Shown one piece after another: positions 28,661 through 37,622 of a stretch of 64,000 nucleotides of DNA (the first letter of the stretch is position 1; the number at the start of each line of letters is the position of its first letter). The notes under the pieces are model-generated. The model saw only the letters and a program-made list of their open reading frames with translations, was not told where the DNA came from and made no database searches. Position numbers and translations under genes: made by a program. Source of the DNA: an uncultured Eubacteriales bacterium (GTDB lineage Bacteria > Bacillota > Clostridia > Oscillospirales > Acutalibacteraceae); contig ONAS01000001.1 in NCBI GenBank assembly GCA_900315815.1, positions 1,690 through 65,689 on the forward strand. Reading direction: 5' to 3'.

Positions 28661-29500
28661 TTACAGCAGCGGCTTGGTGCGGTCAAAGGATACCATAAAG
28701 TCGCGGTAATCCGTTTTCTGCACCTCGTCAGCGAAGCACAGCAGCGGGATGACGGAGCTTTCCTGGCGGAACATATACGAGTATATCTCGCCGCCGGCGG
28801 TAGAGATCACGGTACGTTCGGCAAGGTTGTTTTCGCAGAGGATCTCCATACACCGCTCGGTCTCCTCCATGCTCAGCCCGGTCTTTTTGCTGATGAGCGA
28901 GGTCGCGATCGGCGTGTTCAGACGCGAGTACAGGTAGAAGATGATCTGCAGCAGATGATCGTCGGCAAAGATCTCAAATACTCTGCGCAGCTTTTCCCTG
29001 TCCGCGATGTGTCTGAGCAGTCCGCCCTCCGGCTCCACCATCAGGAAAAAATGACGGAAGCCCTTCGAAAGCCGCGCGTTGGCAATGCCGCTGTCCTTGA
29101 CCAGCTTGGAAAAATAGTCGGTCTCATCGACGGTCACGTCGGAGTTGTCGATGAACCCGCTCATAAAATCATCCACCAGCGAGATCTCCTGAAACATTCC
29201 GACCTCCATCGCCCAGCAGATGCCGAAGGCGAAGCGGTACGCCTCGTCGACGGGGATCTGACACATCCGCCGCGCGATCGAAACCGCTACGCTTTTTTCC
29301 TCACGCCCGAACAGCGTGTCGATGCTGACCCCCAGCACCTCCGACAGTCTCGGCAGCAGCTCTGCGTCGGGCATGCCGCCGCGCTCCCACTTTGATACCG
29401 CCTGCGTAGTCACGCTGACCGCCTTGCCCAGCTGCTCCTGCGTGAGCCCTTTTTCGCTGCGCAGCCGCTTGATCTGTTTTCCGATAATGCTGTCCATCAT
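28661..29500 (-). CDS. XRE-family HTH transcriptional regulator
   Basis: IGKQIKRLRSEKGLTQEQLG...QAVSKWERG...PDAELLPRL; RBS GGAGG before ATG 29500. Confidence 0.9.
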   Translation of the reverse strand: MMDSIIGKQIKRLRSEKGLTQEQLGKAVSVTTQAVSKWERGGMPDAELLPRLSEVLGVSIDTLFGREEKSVAVSIARRMCQIPVDEAYRFAFGICWAMEVGMFQEISLVDDFMSGFIDNSDVTVDETDYFSKLVKDSGIANARLSKGFRHFFLMVEPEGGLLRHIADREKLRRVFEIFADDHLLQIIFYLYSRLNTPIATSLISKKTGLSMEETERCMEILCENNLAERTVISTAGGEIYSYMFRQESSVIPLLCFADEVQKTDYRDFMVSFDRTKPLL

Positions 29501-29588
29501 CAACCCTCCGTTGATTCTATTTGGTTCTATTGTAGTTGAAATACGCCCCAAAGACAAGCGTTTTCGCGAAAAACCTCTCCTTTTAACG

Positions 29589-29617
29589 TTGCAATTCCGT
29601 TTTCGTTGTGCTATAAT
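29589..29617 (+). promoter_or_regulatory. Sigma-A promoter of dapL
   Basis: TTGCAA-17 bp-TATAAT with TG, flanked by TTAACGT/ACGTTAA inverted repeat. Confidence 0.65.
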
Positions 29618-29668
29618 CAGCACGTTAAAGTGTTAATACGGCAACACACTGCCACGGAAGGTGAAAAT

Positions 29669-30847
29669 ATGAAAATCAACAGAAACTATGACAATCTTGT
29701 ACCGAGCTATCTTTTTGCGGAGATCGCTGCCCGCACCAACGCCTATATCAAGGCGAATCCCGACAAAAAGGTCATCAAGCTGGGGATCGGCGACGTCACC
29801 CTGCCGCTTGCGCCGGTAGTCGTCGACGCTTTGAAGAAGGGCGCCGATGAGCTGGGCAAAAAGGAGACCTTCAAGGGCTATCCCGACTACGAGGGCTATG
29901 CCTTTGCCCGCGAGGCGATCGCCTCCTATTATCAGGGTCACGGCGTGACCGTCCGCCCCGACGAGATCTTCATCTCCGACGGCGCAAAGTCCGACACCGG
30001 CAACATCGGCGATATTTTCGGCGCGGACAACACCGTGATGGTCACCGACCCGGTCTATCCCGTTTACGTCGATTCCAATATCATGGCGGGCAGGAAGATC
30101 GTCTACGCGCCTTGCACCCGTGAAAACGGCTTTCTCGCGATGCCCGATGACAGTGTGAGCGCGGATATCATCTACCTCTGCTCCCCGAACAATCCCACCG
30201 GCGCTGCCTACAACGCCGAACAGCTCAAGGCATGGGTCGATTACGCCAATCGGATCGACGCGATCATCCTCTACGACGCGGCGTATGAGGCATTCATCAC
30301 CGACGACTGTCCCCGCTCGATCTTCGCGATCGACGGCGCGCGCACCTGTGCGATCGAATTCTGCTCCCTGTCCAAGACCGCGGGCTTTACCGGCACCCGC
30401 TGCGGCTATACCGTGATCCCGAGGGAGCTCGTCCGCGACGGTCACAATATCTACGACCTGTGGTACCGCCGAGAGGCGACCAAATTCAACGGCGTTTCCT
30501 ATCCCGTCCAGTGCGCGGCGGCGGCGGTATTCTCCGACGAGGGTCTCGCCCAGATCAAAGAAAACCTGAACTACTATCAGGAGAACGCACGCATCATCGC
30601 TTCTGCGCTCGATGAGCTGGGTATCTACTACACCGGCGGCAAAAACTCACCCTACATCTGGCTGAGATGCCCGAACAATATGGAAAGCTGGGAATTCTTT
30701 GATTTCCTGCTGAACAACGCGCAGGTCGTCGGCACTCCCGGCGAGGGCTTCGGCGCCTGCGGCAAGGGTTATTTCCGCCTGACCTCCTTCGGCGACCGCG
30801 ATAATACCATCGAAGCCGTGGAAAGGATCAAAAAGCTCCTGAAATAA
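29669..30847 (+). CDS. dapL: LL-diaminopimelate aminotransferase
   Basis: SYLFAEIA, IKLGIGDVTLPL, ISDGAKSD, CSPNNPTG, SLSKTAGFTGTRCG, VGTPGEGFG. Confidence 0.96.
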   Translation: MKINRNYDNLVPSYLFAEIAARTNAYIKANPDKKVIKLGIGDVTLPLAPVVVDALKKGADELGKKETFKGYPDYEGYAFAREAIASYYQGHGVTVRPDEIFISDGAKSDTGNIGDIFGADNTVMVTDPVYPVYVDSNIMAGRKIVYAPCTRENGFLAMPDDSVSADIIYLCSPNNPTGAAYNAEQLKAWVDYANRIDAIILYDAAYEAFITDDCPRSIFAIDGARTCAIEFCSLSKTAGFTGTRCGYTVIPRELVRDGHNIYDLWYRREATKFNGVSYPVQCAAAAVFSDEGLAQIKENLNYYQENARIIASALDELGIYYTGGKNSPYIWLRCPNNMESWEFFDFLLNNAQVVGTPGEGFGACGKGYFRLTSFGDRDNTIEAVERIKKLLK

Positions 30848-30928
30848 GCAAAACAGCAAAACGGCTGCCGCATCTGCGACAGCCGCTTTTTACGCACGGA
30901 TCCGCCGGACGACCGGCGGATTTATTTA

Positions 30929-31042
30929 TTATCTTGACGGGACGAACGGAAGCTCATCGGGATCCGATCTTTTCAGGATATCGTCGGTCGTGCTGAATTT
31001 GACGATCTCCAGCTCTGTTCTTTCATAGGATTCTTTTTTCAT
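30929..31042 (-). CDS. 37-aa small protein MKKESYERTELEIVKFSTTDDILKRSDPDELPFVPSR (RiPP-precursor-like)
   Basis: RBS AAGGAGG 7 nt before ATG; hairpin ATCCGCCGG-ACGA-CCGGCGGAT downstream; below the ORF-track size cut-off. Confidence 0.8.
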   Translation of the reverse strand: MKKESYERTELEIVKFSTTDDILKRSDPDELPFVPSR

Positions 31043-31290
31043 AACCTATCCTCCTTGCCGGATTTGTAGATATTAAAGGAGTGCTGAGCAAAATATTACA
31101 TGATTGTAATATCAACTATACACGATTCGATCCGGATATGCAAGCAAAACTTTTTGAATTTTTAATGATCTTCCCTGAATTTTGTCCCTTTTCTGTCCTT
31201 TTCAGTGTGTTATACTGCAGCCACAGTCAAACGAAAACCACCGAGGCTGGAAAAATAATATTTGAAATTTGAGTAAAGGGGTCTTTCATC

Positions 31291-31821
31291 ATGAAAAAGT
31301 TCGTTTACGTTATTATTGCAAGCGTCTTCGCAGCGACAATGTGCATCACCCTCAGCGCGTGCGGCAACAACAAAAATGCCGTCAGCAATAACTCCGACGG
31401 CAATGCCGGACCGACTGCTCAGACACAGACCCGCGCGCGGTATCTCGTCCCGGATGAAGCGAACAGCGGCAACCGGAGCGCCGCCGCCGCGCCGGCAAAC
31501 GACGCCGATCATCATAAAGCGGACGATAACGCATCAAACGCCGACCGCACCTACAGCATCGCCCTTGAAAATGTCGATACCGGCGAGACCTATTCCGCGA
31601 CCGCCGAGGACGCTTCCGACAGATATGACACGGTTTCCTCCTACTTTTACGATCTGCCTGCCGGCGCGTACAATGTCGCGGTATACACCTTCAATGCCGT
31701 GAATCAGAACACCTCCCTGTGCAGTGCAGGCTCTCTGAACGTCAATTCCGACGACGGGACCGCCGCTGTCAGAGTGAATTACTATCCCGTCACCTCCGAG
31801 ATCGAGAGCATCGAATTCTGA
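31291..31821 (+). CDS. Hypothetical lipoprotein
   Basis: Lipobox LSAC; disordered linker and beta-rich C-terminal domain. Confidence 0.75.
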   Translation: MKKFVYVIIASVFAATMCITLSACGNNKNAVSNNSDGNAGPTAQTQTRARYLVPDEANSGNRSAAAAPANDADHHKADDNASNADRTYSIALENVDTGETYSATAEDASDRYDTVSSYFYDLPAGAYNVAVYTFNAVNQNTSLCSAGSLNVNSDDGTAAVRVNYYPVTSEIESIEF

Positions 31822-31955
31822 CGCCGTCTCTATCCCGTTCCGTCACCGCCCGCCGTTCGCTCTCTGTCGGGGCAACACGATCACGGTCGTCGGCGCTTAT
31901 ATATCTGATATTAAAAGGACAAGTCCTCCGTTCGGGGCTTGTCCTTTTTGCTGTC

Positions 31956-32396
31956 TTATTCTACGGTGAATTCCGTCCACTCGATATGGTTGTATTTCAT
32001 CACTTCATCCGCCCTGACCATACCCAGCTTCTCATAAAACGGCACCGCGTTTTCGTTCGCGATCAGATACACCGCGATATCCTTCTCACCGCCGGCGGTC
32101 TCAAGCGCGGTTTTCATCAGCCTTCTGCCGACGCCGCGTCCCGTATATCCTCTGTCCACGCCCAGATCCGTCACATACAGCCAGTACGCAAAATCCGTCA
32201 CGCCGAACAGCACGCCGATCACCTTTCCGTCGCCATTCCTCGCGACAAGGCTGATGGACACGTTTTTCACCAGCTTCGCGATCCTTTCTTCAAAACGCTC
32301 CTTGGGATACTGCGATCCCAGATCCGTCCGCTTGAGAAAGTCGATGTATTCCTCCGCGCTCAGCCGTTCGCTTGCGATCGTGATCTCATGTTCCAT
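31956..32396 (-). CDS. GNAT-family N-acetyltransferase
   Basis: LYVTDLGVDRGYTGRGVGRRLM motif A; FYEKLG motif B. Confidence 0.9.
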   Translation of the reverse strand: MEHEITIASERLSAEEYIDFLKRTDLGSQYPKERFEERIAKLVKNVSISLVARNGDGKVIGVLFGVTDFAYWLYVTDLGVDRGYTGRGVGRRLMKTALETAGGEKDIAVYLIANENAVPFYEKLGMVRADEVMKYNHIEWTEFTVE

Positions 32397-32418
32397 TGTT
32401 GTATTCCTTCTTTCTCGT

Positions 32419-32955
32419 TTAATCCGCCGCAGAAGCCTGTGCCAGCAATGCTGCGATCAAACTGCTTTTTGAGTCCGTATAGGCATTCCTGTCATCCGGA
32501 TATTTTTGTGCCGATTCCCGTTTCAGATCCGCGTATCTCTGCGCCGCCGCCTCATCCGCGTTCAGGTGATCTCTCAGCAGGAGATAGTCGTTCCATTCCT
32601 TTGAGCCGTACCGCACTACGTGGATATGATGGGTCCGCGTATCCTTTTCAAAATCGCCCTTGACGAACAGCAGCTGCGCCGGTCGCTCATCGAAACGGAA
32701 AATGATCCCGTTCTCTTCCAAGAGCTCTTTTTTCAGCAGCACAGCGTCATAATCTCTGACGCCGACGGCGATATCGATGATCGGCTTCGCGGGGATCGAT
32801 CTGATCGCCGTACTGCCTACATGCTGTACATCGACCGCCGTGTCCCCTAAAAGCCGTTTGATCTGCGCTATGGTTTGCCGTGCGTTGTCCTCCCATTCAG
32901 TCTGATGCTCTTCCAGTCGGACAATGCCTCTCTTTAATCCGATCCCCATCGTCAT
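32419..32955 (-). CDS. GrpB-family protein (nucleotidyltransferase-like)
   Basis: VQHVGSTAIRSIPAKPIIDI, RTHHIHV, LRDHL, YADLK. Confidence 0.9.
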   Translation of the reverse strand: MTMGIGLKRGIVRLEEHQTEWEDNARQTIAQIKRLLGDTAVDVQHVGSTAIRSIPAKPIIDIAVGVRDYDAVLLKKELLEENGIIFRFDERPAQLLFVKGDFEKDTRTHHIHVVRYGSKEWNDYLLLRDHLNADEAAAQRYADLKRESAQKYPDDRNAYTDSKSSLIAALLAQASAAD

Positions 32956-33197
32956 TCTTCCTTCGTATTTGCGGGATACCGATCATCCTTTAATTCATCA
33001 AGAAACAACTGTATCCGCTCCGTGATCAGCTCATCTTGTTTCATCCTGAGCAGGGTATTTCTGTCCATTCGGCGATAATCCGGTGTTTCTTCCTCTTGCA
33101 GGATGACCGCGCTCTTGTCGTGATCCGTCACACAAAGATATTCGACATAGACGGAGTGAGTCTCATCGTCCGCTGCTCTGCCCGCCTCAGTCAAGCT
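32952..33197 (-). pseudogene. Possible 3' gene remnant upstream of grpB
   Basis: Open frame whose stop overlaps the grpB ATG. No RBS-linked start seen; the first ATG lies inside a TTGCAG-17-TAAAAT promoter. Confidence 0.3.
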
Positions 33198-33329
33198 CAT
33201 TTTACCACGATTCCGCGAATACTGCAATATCAACGCCGCGCTGGCGCCCGAGATGATCTGAACGGACTTCAAAAAACAAAGCCCCTGATGAACAGGAGCT
33301 TTGATAATACAAAAATATTGAGATGCGGA

Positions 33330-33731
33330 TTATCTCTTGGAGAACTGCGGAGCTCTGCGGGCTGCTTTGAGACCGTATTTCTTACGCTCTTTCATTCTCG
33401 GGTCACGAGTGAGGAAGCCGGCCTTCTTGAGGGCGGGTCTCAGCGCGTCGGAATCATACTGGAGCAGCGCACGGCTGATACCGTGACGGATCGCGCCTGC
33501 CTGACCGGTCACGCCGCCGCCGCCTACGCGGCAGACAACGTCGAACTTCTCACCGGTCTCGGTGAGAACGAGGGGCTGGCGAACGATGAGCTTCAGGGTC
33601 TCGAGACCGAAGTAATCGTCGATATCTCTGTCGTTGATGGTGATCTTACCGGTACCCTGATAGAGTCTGACTCTGGCAACAGAAGACTTTCTTCTGCCTG
33701 TACCGTAGAAATAAGGTGCCTTATCGTACAT
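33330..33731 (-). CDS. rpsI: 30S ribosomal protein S9
   Basis: [45 protein letters not shown]. Confidence 0.99.
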   Translation of the reverse strand: MYDKAPYFYGTGRRKSSVARVRLYQGTGKITINDRDIDDYFGLETLKLIVRQPLVLTETGEKFDVVCRVGGGGVTGQAGAIRHGISRALLQYDSDALRPALKKAGFLTRDPRMKERKKYGLKAARRAPQFSKR

Positions 33732-33748
33732 TTACACGTTCCTCCTTC

Positions 33749-34177
33749 TTAAATCTCGTGCAGCTCGGGCTTCTGAGCCTGATGGGTATGCTCTGCGCCC
33801 TCAAAGAGTCTGAGTCTGAGCATAGCGGCTCTGCCGATACTGTTGGAAGGAACCATGCCCTTGACCGCAAGCTCCATCGCCTTGGTGGGTCTGGTAGCCA
33901 TCAGGATGCTGTAGGGAGTTTCCTTGAGGTGACCGACATAACCGGTATGACGGTACCATTTCTTCTGTTCGAGCTTCTTACCTGTAAGGACAGCGTCCTT
34001 GCAGTTGATGATGATGACGTGATCGCCGCAGTCAACGTGGGGTGTAAAGGTTACCTTGTGCTTGCCTCTGAGCAGGACAGCGGCCTCAGCCGCGACCTTA
34101 CCGAGGGGCTTGCCGGCAGCATCGATGACATACCACTTGCGCTCGACCTCGCCTTTTTTTGCCATATAAGTGGACAT
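33749..34177 (-). CDS. rplM: 50S ribosomal protein L13
   Basis: WYVIDAAG, LRGKHK..FTPHVDCGD, YRHTGYVGHLK. Confidence 0.99.
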   Translation of the reverse strand: MSTYMAKKGEVERKWYVIDAAGKPLGKVAAEAAVLLRGKHKVTFTPHVDCGDHVIIINCKDAVLTGKKLEQKKWYRHTGYVGHLKETPYSILMATRPTKAMELAVKGMVPSNSIGRAAMLRLRLFEGAEHTHQAQKPELHEI

Positions 34178-34430
34178 AATAGCGTGCCTCCTGTTGAAAT
34201 AGTCGGAACCGACAGGCGCGCTAATCTCAAATAAGACCGCATCCTAATACGGTTTTACTTGAAATCAGCAATTCTGCCGATCCGGTGCTCACCTATCTTA
34301 CCAAAAACCGATATGAAAGTCAAGCGCTTTTTCCGGATTTTTTAATCTACTCCCCGTTGAGCTTTATTTTGCTCGTTTTACCTCGTTTTTTCTCCGTTTT
34401 TCTCGTTTGCTATTTTCGCAATTCTTTCGC

Positions 34431-34853
34431 TCACGCCTGATTTCTTCTTCTCCACTCCCGTGTCAGCTTCGGCTGGATATCGGGATAGGTCAGCTTTTCC
34501 GGCATATCGTCAAACAATTCGATCCGCTCGATCTCGCTGTACAGCTCCTTTGACAATTTCGTTATCACGGCGTGATACAGCATCCCGAAGGTCTCCCTCC
34601 CGTCAAAGTTATCGGGCGCCGTGACAGAGTACACACACACCGGCTCGATCTCAAAGGCGATCGCTCCGGTCTCCTCCGCCAGCTCCCGCCGCGCGGTATC
34701 GTCGATCCTCTCCCCCGCTTCGCGATGACCGCCGGGGATCTCATAGGTGTCGCGCTCTTTGTGCTTGCACCAGACCTGTTTTCCCTGATACTCCGCGATG
34801 ATCACCGCGAACTTCAATAAACTGTCGTCTGCCGATTCATAAAACCGAACCAT
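34431..34853 (-). CDS. NUDIX hydrolase
   Basis: Nudix box PGGHREAGERIDDTARRELAEETG. Confidence 0.92.
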   Translation of the reverse strand: MVRFYESADDSLLKFAVIIAEYQGKQVWCKHKERDTYEIPGGHREAGERIDDTARRELAEETGAIAFEIEPVCVYSVTAPDNFDGRETFGMLYHAVITKLSKELYSEIERIELFDDMPEKLTYPDIQPKLTREWRRRNQA

Positions 34854-34935
34854 ATGCTTCCTCCTGAAATCATTTTGATGATACAAGCCCCTTCAGCAAA
34901 AAGCCTCCCTCGTCAGAGAAAGGCACCGTCCGTTA

Positions 34936-35691
34936 TCATATATCCGCGACAAGGTCCTTCACGACCTCACCCGCGACGATCAGTCCCGCGACGGACGGCA
35001 CGAACGCGACCGATCCGGGGATCTGCCGCCGTATCGTACAGGTACGCTGTGCGTCCTTGGGACAGACGCAGTGATTCCGACAGCTGTTCTCCTCGCTTTC
35101 GATCGGCGTGAGCGCTTCCTCCTCGGAGTACACGACCTTCAGATGCTCCACACCGCGTTTTCTCAGCTCGCGCCGCATCACCCGCGCCAGCGGACAGACC
35201 GACGTTTTGTAAATGTCCGCGACCCTGAAGGCGGTCGGGTCGAGCTTGTTGCCTGCGCCCATTGAAGAAATGATCGGGACTCCAGCGTCCTTCGCCTGCA
35301 TCACCAGCCCGATCTTTCCGGTCACGGTGTCGATCGCGTCGATAACGTAGTCATACTGTGAAAAGTCGAACTGTCCCGCTGTTTCGGGCGTATAAAAGGT
35401 CTGATATGTCCGCACGACACAGTCGGGATTGATGTCCCTGACGCGTGCCGCGGCGACTTCCACCTTCGGCTGACCGACGGTAGAGCGCAGGGCGATGATC
35501 TGGCGGTTGATGTTGGTCAGACAGACCAGATCGTCGTCGATCAGATCGAGCGCTCCCACGCCCGACCGCGCAAGCGCTTCCACGGCATAGCCGCCGACGC
35601 CGCCGACGCCGAAGACCGCGACGCGGCTGTTATTCAGTTTTTTCATCGCTTCCGCGCCCAGCAGAAGCTCCGTTCTTGAAAATTGGTTCAT
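34936..35691 (-). CDS. tcdA: tRNA threonylcarbamoyladenosine dehydratase (ThiF/E1-like)
   Basis: GVGGVGGY, DDDLVCLTNINRQ, DYVIDAID, SSMGAGNKLDP, GSVAFVPSVAG. Confidence 0.92.
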   Translation of the reverse strand: MNQFSRTELLLGAEAMKKLNNSRVAVFGVGGVGGYAVEALARSGVGALDLIDDDLVCLTNINRQIIALRSTVGQPKVEVAAARVRDINPDCVVRTYQTFYTPETAGQFDFSQYDYVIDAIDTVTGKIGLVMQAKDAGVPIISSMGAGNKLDPTAFRVADIYKTSVCPLARVMRRELRKRGVEHLKVVYSEEEALTPIESEENSCRNHCVCPKDAQRTCTIRRQIPGSVAFVPSVAGLIVAGEVVKDLVADI

Positions 35692-35707
35692 CGTTTTCCT
35701 CCTGCCG

Positions 35708-36742
35708 TCATCGCCTGACGTCACCTCTGTCGGTGACCACCCGATACCCGGCGGCTTTCACACGCGCTTCCAGACACTGTCTGCACTGGGCGGATTCCTC
35801 GCCGGTGCAGATCTTGTTTTCATACAGATCATATTGCCTGCGCACCGCGGTCGGCGACAGATTCGGCATCACGACATTCGCCCCCGCCCTGAGTCCCCGC
35901 TCTCTGCCGTCCGGCAGCAGCGTACCCAGCGCGGTCGTCGCGGGCAGCAGGACATACGGAAACATCAGCCGCAGAATGCTCACCAACCGCAGCGTCAGCT
36001 CCGCCGAGCCGCTCGGCATATCCGAAAACGGCGTCGCGTGGTGCGTGATATACGGCCCGATGCCGATCATATCCGGCTGCAGCTCCTGCAAAAACCGCAG
36101 ATCCGCGATCAGATCGCCGGTCGTCTGGAACGGCGAGCCGACCATAAAGCCCGATCCCACCTGATAGCCGATCTCCTTGAGATCCCACAGACACCGCTTG
36201 CGGTCATCGCTGCTCATTTTTTCGGGGTGCAGCTTCGCGTAATGCAGAGGGTTCGCCGTTTCATGCCGCAGCAGATAGCGATTCGCCCCCGCGTCATAAT
36301 ACCGCTGATAGCTTTCGCGCGATTTTTCGCCGATCGACAGCGTGATCGCGCACTCGGGGTATGTCTTGCGGATCGCCGCGGTGATATCGCAGATCAAATC
36401 GTCGGTGAAATACGGATCCTCGCCGCCCTGCAGGACAAAGGTGCGGTACCCCAGCGCATAGCCCTCGGCACAGCAAGCCAGTATCTCCTCCTTGCTCAGC
36501 CGATACCGTACCGCCTCGGCATTTCCCGCGCGGATGCCGCAGTAATAGCAGTTGTTTTTGCAGTAGTTGGTAAATTCGATCAGCCCGCGCAAAAACACGC
36601 GGTCGCCGTAATGCTCTCTGCGCACCGCGTCTGCGGCAGACCGAAGCGCATCGTCATCTCTGCCGCTTTCGATCAGCTCCCTCAGCTCGTCATCGCTCAG
36701 GTCGCGTGATGCTCTCAGCTTGTTCACTAAATCATTCTTCAT
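35708..36742 (-). CDS. hydE: [FeFe]-hydrogenase maturation radical SAM protein HydE-like
   Basis: RGLIEFTNYCKNNCYYCG, LQGGED, LLRHETA, GANVVMPNL, YENKIC. Confidence 0.85.
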   Translation of the reverse strand: MKNDLVNKLRASRDLSDDELRELIESGRDDDALRSAADAVRREHYGDRVFLRGLIEFTNYCKNNCYYCGIRAGNAEAVRYRLSKEEILACCAEGYALGYRTFVLQGGEDPYFTDDLICDITAAIRKTYPECAITLSIGEKSRESYQRYYDAGANRYLLRHETANPLHYAKLHPEKMSSDDRKRCLWDLKEIGYQVGSGFMVGSPFQTTGDLIADLRFLQELQPDMIGIGPYITHHATPFSDMPSGSAELTLRLVSILRLMFPYVLLPATTALGTLLPDGRERGLRAGANVVMPNLSPTAVRRQYDLYENKICTGEESAQCRQCLEARVKAAGYRVVTDRGDVRR

Positions 36743-36869
36743 AGGTACCACCCGATCAATTCTACCGACTATTTTACATCAAGATGCCCCTGCGGTCAAT
36801 ACCAACCTACTGATTTGATAGGAGTTGACAAAATCCTTGCTATTCAAAAAAATCTCCGTTATAATAAAC

Positions 36870-36914
36870 CTGTAACCGATCTGTCATAAAACCGTCACAT
36901 TGAACGGTTATGAT
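36870..36914 (+). promoter_or_regulatory. Three 11-bp-phased OmpR/PhoB-type direct repeats plus -10 box
   Basis: CTGTAAC-N4-CTGTCAT-N4-CCGTCAC, then 10 bp, then TATGAT, directly upstream of the response regulator. Confidence 0.7.
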
Positions 36915-36947
36915 AGACGCAGAGTAAACTGAAACGGAGTGAAACCG

Positions 36948-37622
36948 ATGAGCAGATTATTGATCGTCGATGACGAGTTCCGCATCCGCGAGCTGATCAA
37001 AAAATATGCCGTCTACGAGGGCCACGAGGTGGACGAGGCGGAAAACGGCGAGCAGGCTGTCCTCAAATGCCGCAACAATACCTACGACCTGATCATCATG
37101 GATATCATGATGCCGGTGCTTGACGGCTTCGGCGCCGTCAGTCAGATCCGGCGCTTCAGCACGACCCCGATCATCATGCTGTCGGCGCGCGGTGAGGAAT
37201 ACGACCGTCTGACCGGCTTTGAGACCGGCGTGGACGATTATGTGGTCAAGCCCTTTTCTCCGAAAGAGCTGATGATGCGTGTCGGCGCGGTCCTGCGCCG
37301 TTCCGGCGGCTCCGAGAAGGAGGACGACAAAAATCGTTTTGTCTACCGGGGACTGGTGGTGGATTTTGCCGCCCGCGTCGTCACCGTCGACGGCGAGCGC
37401 GTCCAGCTCACCCCCCGCGAATATGAACTGCTGTTCTACATGGTCAACAACAAGGGCATCGCCCTGACGCGCGAACAGCTGATCTCCAAGGTATGGGGCT
37501 ACGATTTCTACGGCGACGACCGCACGCTTGATACCCACATCAAGCTGCTCCGCAAATCCCTCGGCGAGTATGCCTCGCTGATCGTCACCCTCAGAGGAGT
37601 TGGTTACCGCTTTGAAACATAA
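36948..37622 (+). CDS. OmpR-family response regulator
   Basis: LLIVDDE, DLIIMDIMMP, DDYVVKPFSP, wHTH RTLDTHIKLLR...VTLRGVGY. Confidence 0.95.
   Translation: MSRLLIVDDEFRIRELIKKYAVYEGHEVDEAENGEQAVLKCRNNTYDLIIMDIMMPVLDGFGAVSQIRRFSTTPIIMLSARGEEYDRLTGFETGVDDYVVKPFSPKELMMRVGAVLRRSGGSEKEDDKNRFVYRGLVVDFAARVVTVDGERVQLTPREYELLFYMVNNKGIALTREQLISKVWGYDFYGDDRTLDTHIKLLRKSLGEYASLIVTLRGVGYRFET

Noticed and set aside
29561-29572. TTTTCGCGAAAA palindrome as the XRE operator
   Set aside because: A single 12-bp palindrome with no second copy; insufficient support
2246-31042. Lasso-peptide system built from asnB, transglutaminase-like proteins and the 37-aa peptide
   Set aside because: AsnB has an intact N-terminal glutaminase (MCGIC), unlike lasso cyclases. 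The transglutaminase domains are secreted FN3 fusions, no RRE is present, and the genes are 5-25 kb apart.
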